Assembly: GCA_027066365.1 (NCBI GenBank)
Contig: JAMONV010000006.1
Location: 3,532 to 67,531 of the forward strand
DNA from: Flavobacteriales bacterium
GTDB taxonomy: Bacteria; Bacteroidota; Bacteroidia; Flavobacteriales; Flavobacteriaceae
DNA: 64,000 bases
Reading direction: 5' to 3'
A program made the position numbers and the translations under genes. Below the pieces are notes generated by a model that saw only the letters and a program-made list of their open reading frames with translations, made no database searches and was not told where the DNA came from. Below, piece by piece: positions 21,251 to 31,100 of this stretch; position 1 is the first letter of the stretch; each line of letters opens with the position of its first letter.

Positions 21251-22834
21251 ATGGCCGGAAATAAATTATCTCCCCGTCAAAAGATGATTAACCTGATGTA
21301 CTTGGTGTTTATTGCCATGTTGGCACTCACCATGTCCAAAAAGGTTTTGACATCTTTCGGGCGCGTTTTTGAAGATTTGAAAGTTCAGGTGCAATTGACC
21401 AACAAGAAAAATGCCGATCAATTGGCCGTGTTAGGCCAAAAAGCCCAAGAACAAGCCAAGAAATACGGGCAAATGTATCAGGATGCCCAAGCATTGAATC
21501 AAGCAACTCTGGACTTTGAAAAATATATGGATAACTTTGAAAAAGAATTACTTATAAAATCCAAACAATTAACACCTGCCGATAAGAACAAACCGATTGA
21601 TTTTTCGAAAATCGACTACGAAACATTGGATAAGGGTTTTGTTTTGGACGATATATTTTTCAAAGGAGAAGGATACACCAAAAAAGGACAGGAATTCTTG
21701 GATAAAATCAATAATTTCCGAAAAACCTTGATCGATTACGCTAAAAAATACAATAATACAGAGGCCATTAAACGTATTGAACGACGTTTCGATACGAAAG
21801 ACAAAAAGGTTAAAGGATCGGTCTATAAATGGCTTTATTATAATTTTGAAGATTTTCCTTTGATCGCATCATTGACCAACATGGCCCGTTTGGAAGCCAA
21901 TGCAGCCGAATCAACCAATGAGATTCTTTCTTCAATGCTGCAAGGAAAATTGATTTCGGACGTTTCCATGAAAAACTACCAAGCATTGGTTTTGCTTGAT
22001 AAAAGCGCCTTTTTCCCTACGGAACACGTAACCGGTAAAGTGGTTTTAGGCCGATACGATCAAAGCCTCCAATTTGAAAAAGCCAAAATTAATGATCAAG
22101 AAGTGCCGGAAGATAAAATGCAAAACGGACAGGTGTTGATCGATATACCGGCCGGAAATCCCGGTGATAAAACCTTGTCGGGAATGTTGGAGTTTAAAGA
22201 AGGCGATTCCATAGTTCAATTGCCGTTTGAATATAAATATTCCGTAATTCCCATGCCTAATTCGGCCGTGATTTCCGCCGATAAAATGAATGTGGTTTAT
22301 AAAGGTGTGAAAAACCCCCTTTCCATATCGGTTCCGGGCATCCCCGACAATAAAGTCAAAGTATCGGCCCCGGCTCAATTGCGAAAGGTAAAATCCGGAA
22401 AATACGAATTGGATGTATCCAATTACCGGGGAAGAACCATTGATATCAACGTATCATGGGTATTGCCTAACGGTCAACGCAAGTCCGATAAGAAAACATT
22501 CCGGGTGAAAAATATTCCACGTCCGGTGGGTACCATACTCGGATCGGACGGCTATGTTAAATTGCCCAAGCGAAATATACAAATCGGAACGATTGGAGCG
22601 GCCTTGCCCGACTTTGATTTCGACGTAAAAGTTATCGTAACAAGCTTTGATTTCAAAGCACCCGGTCAACCCACCATTCGCGTGAACGGAACCCGATTAA
22701 ACCAAAGAGCTATTAATGCTTTGCGCAAGGTGAAACGGGGACAAACCGTTCAAATCATCAACATCAAAGCACGCTTGGCCGGAAGCAGTATCAAATTGCA
22801 AAAAGTAACGCCGATTATTATTGAAATTCAATAA
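21251..22834 (+). CDS. gldM: T9SS/gliding motor protein GldM (PorM family)
   Basis: Characteristic N-terminus MAGNKLSPRQKMINLMYLVFIAMLAL, a single TM and a long periplasmic region. 527 aa. Confidence 0.85.
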   Translation: MAGNKLSPRQKMINLMYLVFIAMLALTMSKKVLTSFGRVFEDLKVQVQLTNKKNADQLAVLGQKAQEQAKKYGQMYQDAQALNQATLDFEKYMDNFEKELLIKSKQLTPADKNKPIDFSKIDYETLDKGFVLDDIFFKGEGYTKKGQEFLDKINNFRKTLIDYAKKYNNTEAIKRIERRFDTKDKKVKGSVYKWLYYNFEDFPLIASLTNMARLEANAAESTNEILSSMLQGKLISDVSMKNYQALVLLDKSAFFPTEHVTGKVVLGRYDQSLQFEKAKINDQEVPEDKMQNGQVLIDIPAGNPGDKTLSGMLEFKEGDSIVQLPFEYKYSVIPMPNSAVISADKMNVVYKGVKNPLSISVPGIPDNKVKVSAPAQLRKVKSGKYELDVSNYRGRTIDINVSWVLPNGQRKSDKKTFRVKNIPRPVGTILGSDGYVKLPKRNIQIGTIGAALPDFDFDVKVIVTSFDFKAPGQPTIRVNGTRLNQRAINALRKVKRGQTVQIINIKARLAGSSIKLQKVTPIIIEIQ

Positions 22835-22844
22835 GATTGCAGAT

Positions 22845-23732
22845 ATGAAAAAGTTGTTATTAATCATTCCTTTCCTCCTCGGTTTTCAGGTTACAATGGC
22901 ACAGTCGAATATTCTGAATGCCAAAACGCCGCAGGAAATCGGAAAGAAAACTCCCCAACAGATGAAGGAAGATAATTCCAAACCTTTACCCTATCCGTAT
23001 ACGGACGACAAAGACGTTTTATGGAGTATTCAGGTTTGGGAACGCATAGATTTGGATGAACGTTTTAACCTACCTTTGTTTTATCCGACCGACTCGTTGC
23101 AAAGCACCCAGGACCGTAGAGCTTTGTTTGATGTTTTGCTCTCGGGTATAAAGAGCGGAAAAATCAAAGAAGTTTATGCCGATTCCTATTTTACCGATAA
23201 ACTCGATACGGCGGCTTTGAACGAACGTTTGTCTTATGTGGATACTTTGCCGCAAGGAATCGAGCAATTCAATTACGAAGGCAAGGTGGATGATCAATAC
23301 ATTCGTCGTTTGAAAATTACTCCCGATCGAATCGAAGAATACCATATTCGCGGTGTTTGGTATTTTGATGCCAAATACGGAGAATTACGTTACCGTATAA
23401 TAGGAATTGCGCCGGTGGCTTACGACCTTGGCGCAGAAGCGCAAGGAATCGAAAGCGATTTGGTGGAATTGTTCTGGGTATTTTATCCCGATGCGCGTGA
23501 ATTGTTGCACCAATTTTATGCATATAATCCTAGAAACGCCGCCCGTCCGTTCAATTTCGATCATTTACTTAACGGACGGTTTTTTACGACCACCATTTAT
23601 AAAACGAGTAATGAATACGGCGATCGTCCGATTAAAGAATACATTCATGACGATGCATTGCGTCAATTGCTCGAATCCAATAAAATAAAGGAAATGATTC
23701 GCGACTACGAGGAGGATCAATGGAATTATTAA
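22845..23732 (+). CDS. gldN: T9SS/gliding periplasmic ring protein GldN (PorN family)
   Basis: Signal peptide from the ATG at 22845 (the listed ORF starts at an upstream TTG). Last gene of the gldKLMN block. Confidence 0.8.
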   Translation: MKKLLLIIPFLLGFQVTMAQSNILNAKTPQEIGKKTPQQMKEDNSKPLPYPYTDDKDVLWSIQVWERIDLDERFNLPLFYPTDSLQSTQDRRALFDVLLSGIKSGKIKEVYADSYFTDKLDTAALNERLSYVDTLPQGIEQFNYEGKVDDQYIRRLKITPDRIEEYHIRGVWYFDAKYGELRYRIIGIAPVAYDLGAEAQGIESDLVELFWVFYPDARELLHQFYAYNPRNAARPFNFDHLLNGRFFTTTIYKTSNEYGDRPIKEYIHDDALRQLLESNKIKEMIRDYEEDQWNY

Positions 23733-23754
23733 TAAACTTTTTCTGCAACCACAT

Positions 23755-23783
23755 AAGCCGCAGCCTCGTGTTGCGGCTTTTTT
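23755..23783 (+). terminator. Intrinsic terminator after gldN
   Basis: AAGCCGCA / TGCGGCTT 8-bp stem with a 9-nt loop, then a T-run. Confidence 0.7.
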
Positions 23784-23810
23784 CATAAATTTACACGGCA
23801 AATACGATAT

Positions 23811-24893
23811 ATGAATATCAAAAATAAATTTCCCGTCATCAAGCAACGATACACCGAAATTTCGGATATGATGGTCAATCCGGGGATTATTCAAGACCGG
23901 AAAAAATATATTTCTGTTAGCCGGGAATATAAGGAATTGAAGCCGCTGATGGAGCGGATAGAGCGATACGAAAAAACCGAATCGGGTATCGAAGAGGCGC
24001 GGAGAATTATTCGTGAGGAGAAAGACAAGGAATGGGTAGAGTTGGCCAAGGAAGAATTGGAACAATTGGAATCGCAATTGGCTGTGCTGGAAGAAGAAAT
24101 AAAGCTTATGTTGATTCCGAAGGACCCGCAAGATGCGAAGAATGCCGTGATGGAAATACGTGCCGGGACGGGGGGTGACGAAGCATCATTATTTGCAGGG
24201 GATTTATTCAGGATGTATTCCAAATTTGCTGAAAAGAAGGGGTGGAAGGTAGATATCGTGGATTATAATGAAGGAACGGCGGGAGGATTTAAGGAAATAA
24301 TCTTTAATGTTACGGGAGAGAATGCCTACGGCATTTTGAAATATGAAGCCGGCGTTCATCGTGTGCAAAGAGTTCCGCAAACGGAAACACAGGGACGCGT
24401 GCACACTTCCGCCGCAACGGTGATGGTATTTCCGGAAGCGGAAGAATTTGACGTGGAAATTGATATGAAAGATATTCGTAAAGATTTGTTTATGAGTTCG
24501 GGGCCCGGTGGCCAATCGGTGAATACGACTTATTCGGCGGTGCGCTTGACACATATTCCGACGGGGATTGTGGCGCAGTGTCAAGACCAAAAATCGCAGC
24601 ATAAGAATTTTGAAAAGGCATTGAAAGTGCTTCGTTCGCGGCTATATGAATTGGAACTTCGCAAGAAGAAGGAAGAAGAAGCCAAAATCCGAAAGTCACA
24701 AGTGTCGAGTGGCGATCGTTCGGCTAAAATCAGGACTTATAATTTTCCGCAAGGACGCGTGACAGACCATCGTATCGGCTTGACCTTGTATGATTTGCAA
24801 AATATCCTGAATGGTGATTTGGACAAAATCATTGAAGCGTTGCAAATAGCCGATAATGCCGAAAAACTAAAATCTGCCGGAAATGAATTTTAA
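23811..24893 (+). CDS. prfA: Peptide chain release factor 1
   Basis: GGQ motif ([11 protein letters not shown]) and PxT-class RF1 body. 360 aa. Confidence 0.95.
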   Translation: MNIKNKFPVIKQRYTEISDMMVNPGIIQDRKKYISVSREYKELKPLMERIERYEKTESGIEEARRIIREEKDKEWVELAKEELEQLESQLAVLEEEIKLMLIPKDPQDAKNAVMEIRAGTGGDEASLFAGDLFRMYSKFAEKKGWKVDIVDYNEGTAGGFKEIIFNVTGENAYGILKYEAGVHRVQRVPQTETQGRVHTSAATVMVFPEAEEFDVEIDMKDIRKDLFMSSGPGGQSVNTTYSAVRLTHIPTGIVAQCQDQKSQHKNFEKALKVLRSRLYELELRKKKEEEAKIRKSQVSSGDRSAKIRTYNFPQGRVTDHRIGLTLYDLQNILNGDLDKIIEALQIADNAEKLKSAGNEF

Positions 24894-24909
24894 TTTTAAA
24901 ATTATTAAT

Positions 24910-27135
24910 ATGATGAAAATTTTTCGTTATTTCTTCTGGTTCTTATTAATCTTGCCGGCCGGATTATTGCAGGCCCAAATAGGGGAAGGAGGCATGTGGT
25001 TGCCGAATGAAATCAAAGTTATGGAAAAAGACATGCAAGGTATGGGCATGCAATTGTCGGCCGATGATATTTGGGATACGACGAAACCTTCATTGAAGGA
25101 TGCAGTGGTGCAATTGGGGAACGGTTGTACGGCGGAATTTGTATCGGACAAAGGACTTTTGTTTACCAATCACCATTGCGGATACGAAGCCATAGCTTCG
25201 GTTTCCACCCCCGAACACAATTATTTGGATGAGGGTTTTTGGTCGAAATCGTTTTCGGAAGAAATTCCGGTAACGGGGGTTGACGTGACGGTGATTGACA
25301 ACATGACCGATGTTACGTCTGATATTTTGAAGGGTATTTCGGAGGATTTGTCGCCCCGGGAACGTCAATCGGCCATCGATAAAAATATCAATGCCTATTT
25401 GAAGCGATTTGATGAAGATGAATTTAAGCATTATCAAATTAAGCCGTTTTTTAAAGGCAATAAATATTATTTGATTGAAAGCACCACCTATCCGGATGTG
25501 CGGTTGGTGGCCACACCGCCCAAGAGTATCGGGAAATTCGGAGGCGATACCGATAACTGGATGTGGCCCCGCCATACAGGTGATTTTTCGATTTTTCGTG
25601 TTTATGCCGGTAAGCATAACCAACCGGCCGAATATTCCAAAGACAATGTTCCGTATAAACCGAAGCGATTTTTAAAAATCAATCTGAACGGCGTTGCTGT
25701 GAACGATTTTACGATGGTGATGGGGTTTCCGGGACGCACCAATGAGTATTTGACTTCGTATGCCATTAAACAAATCATGGATTTGCGCGATCCGGCGCGC
25801 TATAAATTACGCAGAAAAACTTTGGATATTCTGGAAAAACACATGAAAAAGAGCGAAGATTTGCGCTTGAAACTCACTACCAAACATGCGCATTTGGCCA
25901 ATTATTGGAAATTCTTTATCGGCGAGAGCCAAGGTTTAAGGAGGTTTGATGCCGTTGGAGCCAAGCAAAAGTATGAAAAAGAATTTCAAAATCGCGTCAA
26001 TTCCCGTCCGGAGTGGCAAAAGCAATACGGAACTTTATTGGACGATCTGAAAAAGGTTTATAATGAAATTGAAAAATATCAATTGGCACGCGATATTCAC
26101 GGTGAGATATGGTATCGAAATATCGATTTGACTTATGCATATGCTGTGCTTCGCGGTATGATGAGCCGTATGCAATCGGATAAGAAATTTTATAAGCGCA
26201 ATAAGGAGGAATATTTGAAAGACATAATGGAAACGGCTTATTCTAGTTTTGATGCGGATACCGATAAAGAGGTTTTTGCAGTTTTGATGCAACATTATTT
26301 GGATAATATGCCGCCTGAATTTATCAATCCCGATTTTAAGGACATATTCGATAAATACGGTGCGGAAACCATAGCCGAAAAAATTTATTCCGAATCGGTG
26401 TTGCGTGATCCGCAAAAGGTTAAGGCGTTGTTTGATTTACCTCCTAAGAAATTCGAAAAGGCGGTTGCGGGTGATATAGCTTTTAAACTTTTATATCTGC
26501 AGGAAATGTATTACTATGAAAAAACCGCTGCATATTATGATTTGAAGGAAAAATTGGATGATTTGATGCGACGTTATATGAAGGCGCAGTTGGAAGTTTT
26601 CCCCGATCGGGAATTTTCTCCGGATGCGAATTTTACCATGCGGGTTGCTTACGGCCGGGTGAAGGGTTTCAAGCCACGGGATGCCGTTTATTATAAGCCC
26701 TTTACGCATTTATACGGGGTAATGGAAAAATATGTTCCGGGTGATGAAGAATTTGACGTGCCGTTGAAATTGCGTGAATTATACAAGAAGCGCGATTACG
26801 GGCGTTATGCCAATTATGACGGATATATGGTGGTGAACTGGTTGGCTACCAATCATATTACGGGCGGAAATTCGGGAAGTCCGGTTTTGGATGCCAATGG
26901 TAATTTGATAGGTTTGGCGTTTGACGGTGTTTGGGAAGGCGTAATGGAAGATTTATATTATCGCCCGGAAATTGCACGAAGTATCATGGTGGATATTCGT
27001 TATGTTTTGTTCATTATAGATAAATTCGGTGACGACAAGCGATTGATCGATGAGTTGACCATAACGAAAAAACCTGCGAAAAGAAATTTTAAACGACCTG
27101 AACGGCCGGTTCCGCCGCCGGTGATGGAACATTGA
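24910..27135 (+). CDS. S46 family serine dipeptidyl-peptidase (DPP7/DPP11-like)
   Basis: Signal peptide from MMKIFRYFF. Catalytic His block TNHHCG and Ser block GGNSGSPV. About 740 aa. Confidence 0.85.
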   Translation: MMKIFRYFFWFLLILPAGLLQAQIGEGGMWLPNEIKVMEKDMQGMGMQLSADDIWDTTKPSLKDAVVQLGNGCTAEFVSDKGLLFTNHHCGYEAIASVSTPEHNYLDEGFWSKSFSEEIPVTGVDVTVIDNMTDVTSDILKGISEDLSPRERQSAIDKNINAYLKRFDEDEFKHYQIKPFFKGNKYYLIESTTYPDVRLVATPPKSIGKFGGDTDNWMWPRHTGDFSIFRVYAGKHNQPAEYSKDNVPYKPKRFLKINLNGVAVNDFTMVMGFPGRTNEYLTSYAIKQIMDLRDPARYKLRRKTLDILEKHMKKSEDLRLKLTTKHAHLANYWKFFIGESQGLRRFDAVGAKQKYEKEFQNRVNSRPEWQKQYGTLLDDLKKVYNEIEKYQLARDIHGEIWYRNIDLTYAYAVLRGMMSRMQSDKKFYKRNKEEYLKDIMETAYSSFDADTDKEVFAVLMQHYLDNMPPEFINPDFKDIFDKYGAETIAEKIYSESVLRDPQKVKALFDLPPKKFEKAVAGDIAFKLLYLQEMYYYEKTAAYYDLKEKLDDLMRRYMKAQLEVFPDREFSPDANFTMRVAYGRVKGFKPRDAVYYKPFTHLYGVMEKYVPGDEEFDVPLKLRELYKKRDYGRYANYDGYMVVNWLATNHITGGNSGSPVLDANGNLIGLAFDGVWEGVMEDLYYRPEIARSIMVDIRYVLFIIDKFGDDKRLIDELTITKKPAKRNFKRPERPVPPPVMEH

Positions 27136-27151
27136 CGTAAGAGACGGTAAA

Positions 27152-27178
27152 AAGTCGCCTGCAATAGGCGGCTTTTTT
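27152..27178 (+). terminator. Putative intrinsic terminator after the S46 peptidase gene
   Basis: AAGTCGCCT / AGGCGGCTT stem with 1 mismatch and a 5-nt loop, then a T-run. Confidence 0.55.
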
Positions 27179-27211
27179 GTTGAAAGGTTTTGGTGAATGT
27201 CAAAAAAAACG

Positions 27212-27219
27212 TATCTTTG
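27212..27219 (+). promoter_or_regulatory. Bacteroidetes-type -7 promoter element for tRNA-Arg
   Basis: TATCTTTG lies 14 nt upstream of the mature tRNA 5' end. Confidence 0.45.
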
Positions 27220-27233
27220 CAACCGCAAACGGA

Positions 27234-27307
27234 GGCCCCGTGGCGTAACTGGATAGCGCAACTGACTACGGATCAGTAGGTTGCAGGTTCGAATCCTGCC
27301 GGGGTCA
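27234..27307 (+). tRNA. tRNA-Arg (anticodon ACG)
   Basis: Hand-folded cloverleaf with a 7-bp acceptor (one G-U), a 4-bp D stem and a 5-bp anticodon stem. The anticodon loop is CT-ACG-GA. T arm is GCAGG-TTCGAAT-CCTGC with discriminator A. CCA is not encoded. Confidence 0.95.
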
Positions 27308-27320
27308 CCTCCCCAAGGAA

Positions 27321-27352
27321 AACCCGCCTTGATGAAGGCGGGTTTTTTTTTT
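27321..27352 (+). terminator. Intrinsic terminator after tRNA-Arg
   Basis: AACCCGCCTT / AAGGCGGGTT 10-bp stem with a GATG loop, then T10. Confidence 0.8.
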
Positions 27353-27376
27353 ATATTCGCAAGCGAGAATTTTATT

Positions 27377-28084
27377 ATGGATTGGCATTCAATCATTGAT
27401 TTTTTTCTTGATCCGTATAGGAACACTCCTTTCATTTACATCGGGTTGGAATTTATAGCAGCTGCTTTCGGTATTTTGAGTGTTTGGTTTGCCAAAAAGG
27501 AGAATATCTGGGTTTATCCCACGGGGATCATTTCCACCGGGTTGTATGTGTATTTGCTGTCGAGATGGCAAATGTATGGTGATTTGATTATTAATATTTA
27601 CTATACGCTCATGAGTATTTACGGCTGGTATATGTGGCTTAAGCCGGCAGACGCAACACAGGAACGAAGGCGTATTACTCGCGTTTCGCATAAGGATAAA
27701 TTTTTGGCGGCGAGTATTTTTGTTTTTACTTCGGCTTTGGTGATTTTTGTATATCGATACTACGGGGTGATGCCGGATTTGGGATTGACGGAGAGTTTTT
27801 CCTATTTTTGGGAACATTTCAGATCCGGTCGTTTAGCGGAATTAAAGAAAGTTACACCCTATTTGGATACATTTACGACGGGGGCGGCTTTTTCGGCCAT
27901 GTTTTTAATGGCTTTGAAAAAACTGGAAAGTTGGCATTTGTGGATTGCCGTAAATATTGTTTCCGTGCCGTTGTATTTTATAAAAGGTTATGGATTTACG
28001 GGTATTCAATATTTTATCTTTTTGGTATTGGCGTTTCAAGGTTTGCGATCGTGGAAGCGTAAGTTACAAGGCAAAGATGCTTGA
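27377..28084 (+). CDS. pnuC: Nicotinamide riboside transporter PnuC family
   Basis: Start set at MDWHSII (27377); the upstream part of the listed ORF runs through the tRNA. 7-TM protein with PnuC-like W/Y-rich helices (ILSVWFAKKENIWVYPTG, YGWYMW). Confidence 0.8.
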   Translation: MDWHSIIDFFLDPYRNTPFIYIGLEFIAAAFGILSVWFAKKENIWVYPTGIISTGLYVYLLSRWQMYGDLIINIYYTLMSIYGWYMWLKPADATQERRRITRVSHKDKFLAASIFVFTSALVIFVYRYYGVMPDLGLTESFSYFWEHFRSGRLAELKKVTPYLDTFTTGAAFSAMFLMALKKLESWHLWIAVNIVSVPLYFIKGYGFTGIQYFIFLVLAFQGLRSWKRKLQGKDA

Positions 28085-28106
28085 GTTTTCGGTTTAACCG
28101 GTGATG

Positions 28107-31088
28107 TTATTTATTTGATTCGGCTTCCAACACAGCCGCTTTACGGTTTCTTCCGTCAATGATAATTTTGAGCGGCCGGTTGAAGCGGACGTGTTTGAGG
28201 AAGGCGGTTTCTTCCATGAGCTTGGCACGCTCGAATTTTTCGTAGCGAATAAATCCTTTATGTTGTTCGGGTATGACGGAAAAGTATGCGATATTCAGCG
28301 TAGTCAGGTTATGAAAAAAGTGTGAACCGTAGGAGGCGTCCAAGGGAAAATTGTCCAGACTTGTTTCTACAATTACGCGGGCGTTATAGATATTATTCCA
28401 AGTAACAGGAATGCCGATAAACCGGTCGCGTGTTCCCCAGCGTCCGGGTCCGATGAGCAAATATTTTTTGTTTTCTTTGGCCAGTTTTTCGTTTATCCGG
28501 TTGACTTCTTCGGCGATTTCGGGGGTTCGGGTTTTGTCGAAGGCTTTATTTTTGACGAAAACCACGTCTCTGATGTCGTTAATAAATCCGTTTCCCATGC
28601 TTTTTTCGGCGTAAATAATCATTTTTTCCTTGTTGATTTTGTCGATGGTGTAGGAAAAATTTTCAATGGGGACGATGAGGGGTTTTACTTGCAAGATGTA
28701 AAAAACGGGTTTGTCGTTGTCGGATGGGGTTAGGTCAACGGCGAATTCGATTTCTACGGGTGTGTCGAAGGAGTCACGGAGACTTTTGAGCACTACCCGC
28801 AGTGTTTCGGCCAAGGGTATGTATTCGTTTTGTAGGATATCGGCGAAATTAATTACCAGCGGACCCGTGTCGTAAACGCCGGGATAGAGCATGTCGTTGT
28901 TATAATCATAGGTGCTGGCCAAGTGGGTAAGGGTTTTGTGTTTCACGGCGTCGTAAATATCTACTTTTCGAATGGTTTGCATGGGACCTTCGCACAGGTC
29001 GATATGTTGTTTTTTCATATCCAAGGCATAGAAATAGGTTTGGGAATATTTGATTTGATCTTTGAGTGAGAGAAATTGAATTTTGGGATGTTTGGGAGAG
29101 AAACGGTAAGCGACTTCGCCTTCCACTACATAAGAGCCGAGGCCTACGGCAATTACGGCGAAGCCGTCGTCGGGGCGCATATCGGCAAAGGGGTAGAAGT
29201 TATAAGATTGTGCAACGCCGCTGATATGGGGATAATAGAGTCCGTCGTGTTCGTGACCTACCAATTCTTGGATCACGATAGACATTTTTTCATCGCCGAG
29301 TTTTTTGTTGATGGATTTGGAATAATTGAGTGATTTTTGAAAAAATACCGATGCATAAACCAGTTTAATGGCTTCGGTGAGTTGTTTGAATCGTTTTTTG
29401 ATATCCGGATTGTTATTGGGCAAGAGATAAGTATCGAAAATGCCGGCAAAGGGTTGTTCAAGGCTGTCTTCGAATAATCCCGAAGAACGAACGGCTAGGG
29501 GTTTTTTGAAGCATTGAAGTAGCAACCACAAATTTTCTTTGACTTCGTGGCTTAATTTTCCTTCTACGAACCGTTTCCCGATTTCTTTGTCTGACAAGCC
29601 TTCGTCTTTGATGTTTTGGAGGTTGTTTCGTTGGATGAAGTCTTCGAATTCTTTAACCCCAATAATGGCGGTGCGGGGAATTTTAATGCGAATGCCCGGA
29701 ACGGCATTACCCAAATCGGTTTTGTAGAGCAAGGAGTTGATAAAAGCCAGACCTCGTCCTTTTCCGCCGAAAGCGCCGGGCGAAAGCAGTAATATGTTGG
29801 TTTCATTGTTGCATTGCGCTTTGTCGATAGGGATAATTTTGCCCGAGGGCTTTTCGTCGCGATACATTTTGAGCATTTCGATCAGATAGCTTCTGATTTC
29901 CTCGGGATCGCTAAAATCATGTGTGGTTTTTTTCTTTAATAGTGATGCCAGTTGGATTTCGGAGCGGGACATGAGCCATTTGGAAAAGTGATGTTTAGAG
30001 GCATGATACATGATGGATTCGGGCGGAATGGATTTGATGATTTCTTCAAATTCGGCCAAATTGGATGCGCGGGCTATTTTTTCGCCGTGGGCATTGCGGA
30101 ATACGAAATCGCCGAATCCTAGTTTATAGATGACTTTTTTCTGTAGTTTTTGATAAAGATCTTCGTCATTTTTGTCCATGAAATCGATACCGGCCTGTTC
30201 GGCAAGGTTTTTTTTTCGCTTGTCTGATGAGAGCAATACAACGGGTAGGTCGTTTTTCTTTTTTTTGACATAGGAAATGAATTCGAATCCGGCATTGTCG
30301 GCCGTTTTTCCGTTTCGGGGAAATTGGACGTCGGAAATAACGAGGTAGATATTGTCTTTGTATCGATTGAAAATATCGAGGGCTTCTTCGTAGTTGGTGG
30401 CGAGTAGAATTTTGGGGCGTGCACGTAGTTTTAGCACTTTATATAATTTGTCTGTTTTTATTTCGTCGATGATTTTATTGGTTTGTTCGAATATGACTTT
30501 GTATAATCGGGTTAGATAGGACGAATAGTATTCGGGTGAATCTTCCACAATCAGGATGATTCTTACATTGGCTAGCCGGACGTCGTTTTCTACGTTTTTA
30601 TAATCTTCCAAGTATTTGATCATGGCAAAGAAGATGCGCGGGTCGGCGTCCCAGATAAAGAGTCTGTCATATCCGATTTTTTCTTGTTGGGTTTGAAAAT
30701 ATTTGATTTGTGCATGATTGTTGAGTAGGAGAAAAACGGGTTTGTCGGGATATTTTTCTTTAATGGCTTTGATGATTCGGATGCTGCGATTTTGGTTGAA
30801 TCCCACCATGACCACCACCATGTCGATGTTCTTTTGTTGGAGTTGTTTCATGGTTTCTTTTTTGGTGGATACGCCGGTGATACGAGGCAAAGAAGTGAGA
30901 TTGAGATTGCCGTAATCATAAAGCATGATTTCGGAAAAACGTCCTTCTTTTTCGATGGTAAAGGCGTCGTAGAGGCTTGATACGAGCAGAATTTCTTTAA
31001 CTTTGAACGGATTAAGGTCGTGATAGACGTCGCGCATTCGGCTGTCGCGATGTAAGTATTTATGGAGTGTTTGACGAGTGAATACCAT
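28107..31088 (-). CDS. Pseudo-receiver + response-regulator receiver + PEP-synthase/PPDK N-terminal (ATP-grasp, PPDK_N) domain protein
   Basis: Canonical receiver signature (ILIVEDS ... LVISDVQFP ... VVLLSS ... DFMDK). PPDK_N signature blocks GGKGRGLAF and VRSSGLFEDSLEQPFAGIFDTYL. I saw no phosphohistidine swivel motif. Confidence 0.8.
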   Translation of the reverse strand: MVFTRQTLHKYLHRDSRMRDVYHDLNPFKVKEILLVSSLYDAFTIEKEGRFSEIMLYDYGNLNLTSLPRITGVSTKKETMKQLQQKNIDMVVVMVGFNQNRSIRIIKAIKEKYPDKPVFLLLNNHAQIKYFQTQQEKIGYDRLFIWDADPRIFFAMIKYLEDYKNVENDVRLANVRIILIVEDSPEYYSSYLTRLYKVIFEQTNKIIDEIKTDKLYKVLKLRARPKILLATNYEEALDIFNRYKDNIYLVISDVQFPRNGKTADNAGFEFISYVKKKKNDLPVVLLSSDKRKKNLAEQAGIDFMDKNDEDLYQKLQKKVIYKLGFGDFVFRNAHGEKIARASNLAEFEEIIKSIPPESIMYHASKHHFSKWLMSRSEIQLASLLKKKTTHDFSDPEEIRSYLIEMLKMYRDEKPSGKIIPIDKAQCNNETNILLLSPGAFGGKGRGLAFINSLLYKTDLGNAVPGIRIKIPRTAIIGVKEFEDFIQRNNLQNIKDEGLSDKEIGKRFVEGKLSHEVKENLWLLLQCFKKPLAVRSSGLFEDSLEQPFAGIFDTYLLPNNNPDIKKRFKQLTEAIKLVYASVFFQKSLNYSKSINKKLGDEKMSIVIQELVGHEHDGLYYPHISGVAQSYNFYPFADMRPDDGFAVIAVGLGSYVVEGEVAYRFSPKHPKIQFLSLKDQIKYSQTYFYALDMKKQHIDLCEGPMQTIRKVDIYDAVKHKTLTHLASTYDYNNDMLYPGVYDTGPLVINFADILQNEYIPLAETLRVVLKSLRDSFDTPVEIEFAVDLTPSDNDKPVFYILQVKPLIVPIENFSYTIDKINKEKMIIYAEKSMGNGFINDIRDVVFVKNKAFDKTRTPEIAEEVNRINEKLAKENKKYLLIGPGRWGTRDRFIGIPVTWNNIYNARVIVETSLDNFPLDASYGSHFFHNLTTLNIAYFSVIPEQHKGFIRYEKFERAKLMEETAFLKHVRFNRPLKIIIDGRNRKAAVLEAESNK

Positions 31089-31100
31089 GGCAATTGTTGT

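Noticed and set aside
23811-24893. A programmed frameshift in the release-factor gene.
   Set aside because: The gene is prfA-type (RF1) and is a single uninterrupted ORF. The known +1 frameshift applies to prfB.
27234-31088. tRNA-Arg as the attachment site of a genomic island carrying pnuC and the RR-ATP-grasp gene.
   Set aside because: There is no integrase, no direct repeat of the tRNA 3' end downstream that I could find, and the flanking genes look like core metabolism.
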